In this document: one piece after another, positions 36,641 through 45,333 of the stretch | Numbering within the stretch: the stretch's first letter is position 1 | How the letters are laid out: every line of letters begins with the position of its first letter | From: Opitutaceae bacterium | GTDB taxonomy: Bacteria; Verrucomicrobiota; Verrucomicrobiia; Opitutales; Coraliomargaritaceae | DNA: 64,000 nucleotides | Assembly (NCBI GenBank): GCA_051252375.1 | Contig: JBPOFY010000004.1 | Coordinates: 64,001-128,000 of the forward strand | Reading direction: 5' to 3' | The notes under the pieces: model-generated | Told to the model about the DNA's origin: nothing | The model's input: only the letters and a program-made list of their open reading frames with translations | The model's database searches: none | Program-made: the position numbers and the translations under genes

Positions 36641-37849
36641 TTATCGAGATTCTTTCCATGTGATTTTCGCCTCCCGAGTGTCAGTATTTACCCAGACGCT
36701 GACATGCTCAAACTCGCGAGTAAACTCCCAACCGTTCGGATCGGTTCGTTGATAGGGTCCTTTTGGAGCCCCCAACGGCCTTCTTAGTTCCGGATAATCG
36801 ACCAAGGGTCCGGTCGACAACTTCCAGCCCCAACTATACATGAAATATGAATAAGGCTGCGCCCCGATCAGGTAACACGCGTGAGCGAACTCTAATTTCT
36901 CTTTGGAGAGCTGTGGCATGTTCGGCTGCATATTCCCGCGCCAAGTGCCCTCGACTCCGAGCCGGAAGACCGAGATCTTACCATCTTTCGCAATGCGTAG
37001 CATGTCTTCCCACTCGGACAACAGACTCTCTTTGGAGGATTTCTGACGCGCATAGTTTTCAAACATGATGGCGTCACTCACTGGATAAATAAGACGCGCC
37101 GAGTCGGCGTAGGCATTGTTCGCCAGCAGTATCTTACCCGGACCCAACTTTTCTTTCAGCGCAGCCATCATCTTGCCCATGGCCACCTCCACCTCCTTGC
37201 GCTTCTCTTTACGAAACTCCACATTACCGTGCATTTGATCAATAAAGGCACCATCGCAGCCAGTCTCCTCCACCGCTTTGGCAACTGTCTCGACCCACCA
37301 GTTACGCATGAAGGGGTTCAACACATCGTAGCAGAGCGCGCCATACCGATTGACTAATTCGCCCGTTTTCGGATGAAAGATTAGGACCTCTTTCAACCTC
37401 GGATTTTGCTTAAGACCCTCTCTTGTAAAAATCTTATTGTAGGAAGTGTAGGGCCACGCGTAGGCCGCATTGAAATAAAACAAAACCTTAATGTCGGGAT
37501 TCACTTTCTTAAAGGCTGCAGCCTCATGCTTTGCTCCCAGTTCAGCCGCACCGAGCTGACCCATGCCGTGCGACTTTTCGATACAGAGGAAGCCGGTTCG
37601 CGCGGCAATGAACTTTACTTGATCAGGAGTCAGCACCCGACTCTTGTCACCAAACATATAATAGAGCGGCACGGTATCCCAACTAAACTCAGGGTAAAAA
37701 CCTTTAGGCACAAACTGGCTACCGTCACTATTCCTTAAAGACTTCTGATCTAACGAACGAGATAGATCTTGTGCCGACACCAACGATGATACCATGGCGA
37801 AAGACAAAGCAATCAATTGAAATGCACGTTGGGGTAATATGGTTTTCAT
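36641..37849 (-). CDS. GH168-like endo-alpha-1,3-fucanase (GHL15-type TIM barrel)
   Basis: PEFSWDTVPLY, IEKSHG, FKKVNPDIKVLFYFN, DGAFIDQM and IMFEN (candidate catalytic Asp/Glu), PLGAPKG...FTREFEHVSVWVN. Confidence 0.78.
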   Translation of the reverse strand: MKTILPQRAFQLIALSFAMVSSLVSAQDLSRSLDQKSLRNSDGSQFVPKGFYPEFSWDTVPLYYMFGDKSRVLTPDQVKFIAARTGFLCIEKSHGMGQLGAAELGAKHEAAAFKKVNPDIKVLFYFNAAYAWPYTSYNKIFTREGLKQNPRLKEVLIFHPKTGELVNRYGALCYDVLNPFMRNWWVETVAKAVEETGCDGAFIDQMHGNVEFRKEKRKEVEVAMGKMMAALKEKLGPGKILLANNAYADSARLIYPVSDAIMFENYARQKSSKESLLSEWEDMLRIAKDGKISVFRLGVEGTWRGNMQPNMPQLSKEKLEFAHACYLIGAQPYSYFMYSWGWKLSTGPLVDYPELRRPLGAPKGPYQRTDPNGWEFTREFEHVSVWVNTDTREAKITWKESR

Positions 37850-37876
37850 GGATAACGGCTGAACAACAAAAGTCCT

Positions 37877-40135
37877 CTATTTCTTTTTCACTCGGCCCAT
37901 TTGGGAAACATCCAATGGCTCGATACCTAACTCAATCGCAGGACTCCCTGCTCGGAAACTAAAATCGCCCGCAGCTGGATCAACAAACAGCGGATCAGCA
38001 AAGCAACTCGCCTGCTCTTGGTCGACTGCCTGCATTCTTAACAAATGCGCATCCACCCAATGTGGATCTGTGGGATGGTAGTAAAGGTTCGAATCCATCT
38101 CCGTCTCCAAGATGCTCGGAACTGGACCATCTCCTCGAGCGCGTTCGCCATAAACGTTTCCACCGTCTGGATGAGAAATGATAATATTATGCTGCACGAT
38201 GGAGCCAGGCACCGGCACCCACTCAAAACTGACATAGCCCGAGCGAGGCACCACAGCTGGAGCGACTATGAAATTATTCGTAATGTCGTTGATCCCCTTC
38301 GAGGCGATGCCCGCGGCAAAGCCGCCATTGTTATAGAGCACGTTTCCATGAATGAGCGTATCATGCTGATCGTCATCACAACGGATCGCCGCTGGCAGCG
38401 AATGGGCGAGGTTATCATGCAGATAGTTGTAGCGAATAATATTCCCCGTTCCCGTGCCAGAAACATAAATACCGTTCCCATCTGAGAGCAATTGCACCGC
38501 GTGTGAGATCTCATTGTTCTCCAATAAATTGTGTCGCGAATGATTATACTTCTCGCGCGCTAACCAACTCTCGTAACCAGCCCGCTCACGAGCACGATCT
38601 TCATCCGCAATTTCATGCTGACGAATGGTTCTGCCACCCTCCCCATTCAAACTCCGACCAGGCTCGACCCGAGTCGTGATACACACCGCAGCATAACCAC
38701 TGTGATGCAGCTCATTATTTGTCATCCGATTGCGCCCACTTTGCCAAGCCCACAGCCCTGGAGAATGCCAGGTGATTTCGCTGAAATGATGAATGTGGTT
38801 ATTGATAATATCATTATGGTGATTGGCGTCCTTCAGACCAGGACCATACCCCACCAACAGAATCCCAGCCTCGCCCAAATGTGCGAATTCAGAATCCAGC
38901 ACACGATTGCGCTGCGCATGTAAATCCATGCGCAAACCCGAGCCACCGGAATTGATGAAGCGACAATCGGTAATCTCGCATGCTTCAGCACCACGCAGTC
39001 GCAGCAAAGCAGTCGGTCGGTCAAACATATCCCAGTCGTGCTGCAAACCCCAACCCAAGCGACCTTCGTCACTCGTCCATGCCCAACGATCTGCATGCGA
39101 AAAAGTCAGCCCCGAAAAGGCAATACCACGGACCGGATGATCCGTTGGTCCATCGTAATCAATCTCACCTTCAACACGAATGAGTTCCGTTGTAGTTGGA
39201 ACTAGGATACCGCGCGGCGCGCCATCGGGCGCGGGATCGGAAGGCCACAAATAGATCTTACGCGTTTGGGTATTCACCACCCATTCCCCGGGCTCGCCCA
39301 AAGCCTCTAACACATTTTCTACCCAAACCACGGAGGCATCTGGATCATGTAAATAGCCTGGCAACGGTCCCATTGGATAGGTCGCGGACGCGCCAGTGGT
39401 CGCCACTCCATTGACTTCATCCACCGATGCCAACGGCAACATATTGATTGCCCATGCCCGACCAGGTCGCATCTGAATTTCAACGTCGCCCAAATTATCC
39501 CAATTCTGCAAAGCCCCAGTTGGAAAATGCAGCGTTCGCTTGTCGCCCAACTTGGTGTAGGCGAAGCCCGAATCGCGAGCACGGTTTAAGCGACCATGGC
39601 TGTCATAAAAGGTGTAAAACCGATCGATCTCTGCGGGCATGTCAGCCACCCAGACCTGACCGACCGCACTAGCAGGCAATGCGGCAGGCGCGTGTTCCAG
39701 TCGTGCCCAACCACTGACAGGCATGCCTCCACTCAAAACGGGATGCTCGCCCGGATACGCAGCAAAGGTCAAGTAGGCTGACTGCTGCAACTCGCCGGAT
39801 CCGTATTGTTCGAAAGCAGGAACGGTAGCCTCACTCGCAGGAGCACCGTCGTTCAGACCCAAGACTAAAGTCTGATCCAAATGATAGCGTCCCTCGCGCA
39901 GCGTGATCACGATCGGCTCAGCATAGCCCGCCTGGCGCAAGTCCCGCATCGCTTCTACCCCAGCAAATAATGATCCGTAAGGCTTCGACTGGCTGCCATC
40001 CGCCTCAGCAGCACCATCGGTCGAAACATAGATAGTCCGAGGCGAACTGTCAGCATGCACGAGACAAGCCATCAGCATGAGAACAGATTGAAAAACTACA
40101 CCCCGCGCACCAAATATACTGGCTTTCATTGTCAT
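37877..40135 (-). CDS. GH141-like right-handed beta-helix glycosidase (fucosidase/fucanase)
   Basis: IYVSTDG...PYGSL, FAAYPGEHPVLSGG, WVENVLEALGEPGEW, GLQHDWDM, SDGNGIY, DPLFVDP. Confidence 0.8.
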   Translation of the reverse strand: MTMKASIFGARGVVFQSVLMLMACLVHADSSPRTIYVSTDGAAEADGSQSKPYGSLFAGVEAMRDLRQAGYAEPIVITLREGRYHLDQTLVLGLNDGAPASEATVPAFEQYGSGELQQSAYLTFAAYPGEHPVLSGGMPVSGWARLEHAPAALPASAVGQVWVADMPAEIDRFYTFYDSHGRLNRARDSGFAYTKLGDKRTLHFPTGALQNWDNLGDVEIQMRPGRAWAINMLPLASVDEVNGVATTGASATYPMGPLPGYLHDPDASVVWVENVLEALGEPGEWVVNTQTRKIYLWPSDPAPDGAPRGILVPTTTELIRVEGEIDYDGPTDHPVRGIAFSGLTFSHADRWAWTSDEGRLGWGLQHDWDMFDRPTALLRLRGAEACEITDCRFINSGGSGLRMDLHAQRNRVLDSEFAHLGEAGILLVGYGPGLKDANHHNDIINNHIHHFSEITWHSPGLWAWQSGRNRMTNNELHHSGYAAVCITTRVEPGRSLNGEGGRTIRQHEIADEDRARERAGYESWLAREKYNHSRHNLLENNEISHAVQLLSDGNGIYVSGTGTGNIIRYNYLHDNLAHSLPAAIRCDDDQHDTLIHGNVLYNNGGFAAGIASKGINDITNNFIVAPAVVPRSGYVSFEWVPVPGSIVQHNIIISHPDGGNVYGERARGDGPVPSILETEMDSNLYYHPTDPHWVDAHLLRMQAVDQEQASCFADPLFVDPAAGDFSFRAGSPAIELGIEPLDVSQMGRVKKK

Positions 40136-40146
40136 CGCATTAAGCC

Positions 40147-42324
40147 TTAAATCGAATTCGAAGATATCTCTGTTTTTTTACGCAAACCAATCTCAGACAC
40201 ATCAATCGGGACGATGCCCATTTCGAGCGCAGGGGAATCTGGATTAAATCTAAAATCGCCATTTTCCGGATCAACAAATAGCGGGTCATCCGTGCGACTA
40301 TTGCCGTCCACGCCATCGCGCTGTAATTTAGCCAAAGTTTTTTGCCCGATTCCCCCGTCCGTCTTACAAAAGTAGATATTAAAATCGGAGTCCATATCTG
40401 CCATCCGAGCAGTTTCACGCCCCCTACTGTCTTCGTCCACCTTCCCTTTCCCCTCCGAGGGCTCTGAAATAAACAGACAATCGTCTTTGGATGAATAAAA
40501 GATGTTGCGCTTATTACTCGCGCCCGCCGAAGGACCTTCGACAATCTTCAGGTAAATACCGCGCGGCGCGATAACGTCGGCGATGATATTGTTTTCGAAA
40601 CGGTTGTTCAGCTTCAGCGTCATGCCCTGCGACTTACATTTGTAGATGATGTTTTCGGCAATCAAGGTATCCATTTGCCCGCCGTCGGTCCGGATGCCGC
40701 TCTGCTTGTTCGTTGCAGCGACCAGATGATGCACGAAATTCCTGCGGATCACATTACCGGGTCCGGAGCCACGAATGTAGATGCCGTTACCATCGCCTAG
40801 CTTCTGCATCACATTGTGAATCTCGTTATATTCGATCAGATTATTACGGCTGTGCAGATACAGATGAACATCTTCCAATTCCGGTCGCTTAGGCAGTCCA
40901 TCAATTTCATGCCAGCGAATCGCGCGTTTCTGTTCGCGCTTATCTTCACGATCAAAAAAGCGCAGGATACCGCCGGAAATAATCATCCCACAATAGTTCG
41001 TGTCATGTATCAGATTATTCGCGACACGGTTCTCGCCACTCTGCCAGAGGAAGATCCCCGGCGAGTGCCAATAGATCTGTCCGACATGATGGATGTTATT
41101 ATTGTAGACGAGGTTCTTCTTGTTCACGTCCTTGGTGCCAGGACCATAGCCGCAGAGCAGAATGCCGCCCCCGCCCATGGACTCAATATGGTTGTTGGTG
41201 ATCTCGTTTCCGATGCCATACAAATCCACCCGAATCGCCCCACTACCACTGTGTAGGAAATGACACTGATCGATGACGCAATTTTCTGCACCACGCAGGC
41301 GAACCATCGCGTTGTCTTTGTCGAGCATGTCCCAGTCGTGCTGCAAGCCCGCATCATCCGTAGTCAACGTGTAACGCTCACCATGCATAAAAGTGAGCCC
41401 GCGAAAGTGTAAGTTTCGAACAGGGACATCTTTGGGTCCGTCTTTATCAATCGAACCTTCGACACGGATCAGCTCCAACAGCTTCGGCGCAAAAACAGGT
41501 GACTGACCACGTGGCCAGATGTAAACCTTGCCCTTCTCAGTATTGAGCACCCATTCGCCGGGCTCATTGAGCTCCTCTAATACATTTTCCACCCACACCC
41601 CGAGTTTGTTCATGCCATAGGTTGCCTGAATCGCGGTGCGAGCTACCCCAGCGCCCTCCTTTTCATTAATCGAAACCAGCGGCAGCATGTTCACCACCCA
41701 ATCGCGGGTCGGTCGGACAAAAATTTCAACATCTTCCACATTCGACCAATCTTTCAACTGCCCCTCTGCGAAACGAAGTAAATCGTTTTTACTGCCACCC
41801 AAAGCAGCAAATCGTTCCGAGCGCGCACGCGGCAGCATGCCCTCATTATCATACAAAGTTAGGAAACGATCAGAGACTTTCGTTTCCCAGACTTCCCCCT
41901 GCGCTTCCTTAGGTAATCCCGGCAAACTTCCAGTCACTTTCCTCCAACCTTTAATCTCGCGACCTGAGCTAAAAATTGGCGTCTCGCCCGGATAGGCGGC
42001 ATAGGTGACAGTCGCGTCACCGACCCCAGAATCCTCTAGACCGAACACGACCGTCTCATCCAGCCGATAAGTGCCCTCCCGAATAAACACCACGATATCC
42101 GTGGTGCGCTGCTGCTTCAGTTCGCGCACCGCATCGCGCGCCCGCGCTAGAGTTGCGAACGGACCATCTCTTGCGTCTGGTGCTGCCAATGTCCCGGACC
42201 AATGGTCGGAACCTTGCACAGACACATAAAAATCAGCCTTTAAGACCGGGTCAGTCTCAGCAAATGCCGAGGCGCTAACGAAGGCCAAGCTCGTGATTAA
42301 AATCAGCAGTTTTTTCATGCTCAT
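40147..42324 (-). CDS. GH141-like right-handed beta-helix glycosidase (paralog of 37877-40135)
   Basis: FYVSVQGSDHWSG...GPFATLARARDAVR, YAAYPGETPIFSSG, WVENVLEELNEPGEW, GLQHDWDM, GDGNGIY, DPLFVDP. Confidence 0.82.
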   Translation of the reverse strand: MSMKKLLILITSLAFVSASAFAETDPVLKADFYVSVQGSDHWSGTLAAPDARDGPFATLARARDAVRELKQQRTTDIVVFIREGTYRLDETVVFGLEDSGVGDATVTYAAYPGETPIFSSGREIKGWRKVTGSLPGLPKEAQGEVWETKVSDRFLTLYDNEGMLPRARSERFAALGGSKNDLLRFAEGQLKDWSNVEDVEIFVRPTRDWVVNMLPLVSINEKEGAGVARTAIQATYGMNKLGVWVENVLEELNEPGEWVLNTEKGKVYIWPRGQSPVFAPKLLELIRVEGSIDKDGPKDVPVRNLHFRGLTFMHGERYTLTTDDAGLQHDWDMLDKDNAMVRLRGAENCVIDQCHFLHSGSGAIRVDLYGIGNEITNNHIESMGGGGILLCGYGPGTKDVNKKNLVYNNNIHHVGQIYWHSPGIFLWQSGENRVANNLIHDTNYCGMIISGGILRFFDREDKREQKRAIRWHEIDGLPKRPELEDVHLYLHSRNNLIEYNEIHNVMQKLGDGNGIYIRGSGPGNVIRRNFVHHLVAATNKQSGIRTDGGQMDTLIAENIIYKCKSQGMTLKLNNRFENNIIADVIAPRGIYLKIVEGPSAGASNKRNIFYSSKDDCLFISEPSEGKGKVDEDSRGRETARMADMDSDFNIYFCKTDGGIGQKTLAKLQRDGVDGNSRTDDPLFVDPENGDFRFNPDSPALEMGIVPIDVSEIGLRKKTEISSNSI

Positions 42325-42352
42325 TGTTCTAATTTATATTCCTTAAGAAAAG

Positions 42353-45304
42353 TCAGGGCTGTGTGACGACAAGTCGGACAAAGTTCTTGGCAATCGAGCC
42401 CATCGGTATCGTAACTGTAACGAGATCAAAGCCACCACTATTTGCAACCGTGTAGGAGGCACCCAGTGGACCGATCGGACCGCTATCACTGGTGCTCCCA
42501 ATCTCAATGTCATTTGCAGTCGTGGTAAATGCAAGATCCTCGGAGGTCTCAACTTTGACTCCGACCACAGGAGCTTGCTTGGAAACATCGGAACGACGAA
42601 AAGTGAACTGCAAATCGGAACCCAAATCACTGACGGCTGGGGCAATGCCTTCTTGGCTGATCGTGGGGTCGCCTCCGAAGACAAACTCGAGAAGGTTGTT
42701 TAGTCCGTCGCCATCGAAATCAACCAAGATGCCAGAGTCCGTGAAAGGATGGGCGAAGGAACTTTCTGCCCACGTTTCGTAAGGCGCACTGGAGACTTCG
42801 AGGATACCCGTCGACTGGGTGAAGATCCATACATCGCCACCGGAGGTCAGTGTCCAAACTCCAGTGTTGTTAGTAAAGGTTCCCAGCGAGCTGTTAACGC
42901 TGAATGTTCCGGCATCATAAAACACGTTGAAGTTCGAATCGTCGACCAGCGCCCAACTGTTTCCCCACGTGCTGTCCGCCGTGCCAAGATTGATATTGAT
43001 CTCGCCATTCAAATTAACCGTTCCTGTTCCCGAGGGCACACCTGCTAGCTGATTGCTCACGCCAGCGGCCGTTGGAACAAATGCCAGAGAGCTGCCAGCG
43101 GCGATCGTCAAGGTGCCAGCTTCGACAGTGGTATCGCCAGTGTAAATATTCGCGCCGGATAGGACCACTGAGCCACTACCCGAACTGGTGATTCCATTGG
43201 CTTCGCTAGCCTCTTCAGTAATCACCAAATCAAAAGTCAATATCCCGGCTCCATTATGAACGACATCGAGACTGTCATTGAGGATAATTGAACCCAAAGT
43301 ATCAAAGTCACTAATTAGAATGTCGCCGTCCGAGTCAGCATCGACGCTTACCGTCGCGGCGCTCCCTCCATGATCAAAAGTGAGTGTCCGCACAAAGGCG
43401 CTCGACCGGAAAACATTTACGGTGAACGCGTCATCTATCGAGCCATCAAAAGTCAGACTCCTGAGTGTATAGTCGGAATATGTATTCGCCGTTGTCCGCC
43501 CACCGACATCAGAAAAAATCACATCAGTGTCGGAAGATGCGGCATTGGTAGGTGGTGCAGTGCTATCGACCCAATTGTCACCTTCAGTCCATCGGTTGTT
43601 TATTCCGCCACCATCCCATGTAAATACAGTGATTACAGTGTTGGAAACAGTCGCACTTAAAGGAATGTCGATCGTATCCGTCGTCACATTATCCAGAGCG
43701 ACCCAAGTCAGACGTAAAGTCGCAGTCGCAGTTCCACCAACAGCGAGCCCAGCAACTGCATTATCAAAGCTCACATCGAAGGCCGTATTAGTGAGCAGAC
43801 CGAAGGTGAATGGCTCATCAGTTGAAAAAGCGCCAGGATGCGTTTCATTGATGAAATCGATCGATGTGATTTCGAGATTATAAATTGCAGTAAAGTCGAC
43901 ACTCACTGCTCCTGTGGCGGTCGAAGCACCCGAGGGAAATGTCAATGCCAGCGGGCTAGGCTGCTGGACATCGACAACTTCTTGTAATCGAGAACTGGCA
44001 TAAACGGTGCTCGACGTATATTCACCTGAAGTCAAATAGGCGCTACTTAAGGTTGAAGTCGTCGCAGTTACGTTCACGAACCATGCGGTGGCATCAGATG
44101 GCAGCGTCGCGGTGCCCTGCCAGATCCCGGAATCGGAAAAAGTTTCTGTAAAGTTAGTTAGCGTCACCGTTGTCCACGAAAATGCCTTACTATCGCCCAT
44201 CTGATTACTGTGATAAAGGGTGGCGCTGGTAAGATTTCTGGTGGACTCGAATTCCACCGTTACTTGATCACCGACAAGACTCAGACTTTTTTGCACACAC
44301 CACGGGTTATTCGTGCTCAGCCCCACGGATCCTGGATTATTGCCGACAATACTATCCGCAAAATCATAGGAGTCGGCTCGACTCCATGCAAACGCATGGG
44401 AGTGTCTCATCCCTTGTATCATGCTGACCATCCTCGTGCCGGGCGCCTTGTTGTAGCTGTTGGCTTGGCAATCGAGGTTGAAGGTGCTGTCGTTGAGCCA
44501 GGTCAACCACATGATGGGCATGGTCGCATTCTCGAGGTAATGCATTGGGTCCCAAACGTTTTTATAGTATTCAGTTCCGCCAGCATTGGAAATAGCTTCC
44601 TGCCATTTACCGACGCCATCCCACATGTGGCCACAGCCATAAGTCGGAATCGCAAAAGCAAAACGGCTATCCACTCCGATTACGTTGGAAGTAATGACCC
44701 CACCCCATGAGACCCCATGAATGCCTACTTTGGTATCGTCTACAAATGAGAGGCTCCGCAATAAGGAGTTGGCTAAGATTGAGCCCGCAGTGGCGTGGAA
44801 CATAAATTGATCGCCAATCGTGACGCTTGATTCGTTAAAAACGCCCGTTCTTCGCGGACCTCCCATGTTATGCCGACCAGTGGTATTGGAAGCGCCTTCG
44901 GTATCGATCGCGATGGCGACATAGCCACGCTCTGCCCATAAGTTTGCCCAGGTGTCATAAGCCATACCGGCGCCACCGTGGACGAGCACGATGGCTGGTA
45001 AGGGAGCATCCGTTGCCGGATCCCATGCCGGCATGCCGACAAAAGCATATACTCTGGTAGGATTCCCCAGGTAATCGACGGAATCGAAGAAGATTGCCTC
45101 CAACGTCTGTGCCGTAGTCGAGGGAGTCAGGGTCGTGATTGTATTGGACGACTGATATGTCGAAGCGCTGGTATCGACTTCATACAAGGTTGGAGCCGCA
45201 GTCAGATTACCGAGCGCAGTAATCGCTGCTCGGTCACTCACATAGTCCGCAAAGGCAGTTAGTGAAAAGCTAAAGACGATGCCGATGATATATAATAACT
45301 TCAT
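42353..45304 (-). CDS. Secreted alpha/beta-hydrolase (acetyl-esterase-like) with a passenger-type repeat and the shared C-terminal domain
   Basis: IVLVHGGAG, nucleophile GIHGVSWGG, candidate Asp (NDSTF) and His (MRHSH); GSGSVVLSGANIYTGDTTVEAGTL repeat; DFDGDGLNNLLEFVFGGDP...FVRLVV tail. Confidence 0.8.
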   Translation of the reverse strand: MKLLYIIGIVFSFSLTAFADYVSDRAAITALGNLTAAPTLYEVDTSASTYQSSNTITTLTPSTTAQTLEAIFFDSVDYLGNPTRVYAFVGMPAWDPATDAPLPAIVLVHGGAGMAYDTWANLWAERGYVAIAIDTEGASNTTGRHNMGGPRRTGVFNESSVTIGDQFMFHATAGSILANSLLRSLSFVDDTKVGIHGVSWGGVITSNVIGVDSRFAFAIPTYGCGHMWDGVGKWQEAISNAGGTEYYKNVWDPMHYLENATMPIMWLTWLNDSTFNLDCQANSYNKAPGTRMVSMIQGMRHSHAFAWSRADSYDFADSIVGNNPGSVGLSTNNPWCVQKSLSLVGDQVTVEFESTRNLTSATLYHSNQMGDSKAFSWTTVTLTNFTETFSDSGIWQGTATLPSDATAWFVNVTATTSTLSSAYLTSGEYTSSTVYASSRLQEVVDVQQPSPLALTFPSGASTATGAVSVDFTAIYNLEITSIDFINETHPGAFSTDEPFTFGLLTNTAFDVSFDNAVAGLAVGGTATATLRLTWVALDNVTTDTIDIPLSATVSNTVITVFTWDGGGINNRWTEGDNWVDSTAPPTNAASSDTDVIFSDVGGRTTANTYSDYTLRSLTFDGSIDDAFTVNVFRSSAFVRTLTFDHGGSAATVSVDADSDGDILISDFDTLGSIILNDSLDVVHNGAGILTFDLVITEEASEANGITSSGSGSVVLSGANIYTGDTTVEAGTLTIAAGSSLAFVPTAAGVSNQLAGVPSGTGTVNLNGEININLGTADSTWGNSWALVDDSNFNVFYDAGTFSVNSSLGTFTNNTGVWTLTSGGDVWIFTQSTGILEVSSAPYETWAESSFAHPFTDSGILVDFDGDGLNNLLEFVFGGDPTISQEGIAPAVSDLGSDLQFTFRRSDVSKQAPVVGVKVETSEDLAFTTTANDIEIGSTSDSGPIGPLGASYTVANSGGFDLVTVTIPMGSIAKNFVRLVVTQP

Positions 45305-45333
45305 TTAAATAATCCCTCTAATGTCGTGTCAGT

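Noticed and set aside
40140..40544. 134-aa alternative-frame ORF at the 3' end of GH141 suggesting a frameshift
   Set aside because: The main frame is intact to its stop and aligns with the paralog's C-terminus (DPLFVDP...GI.P.DVS).
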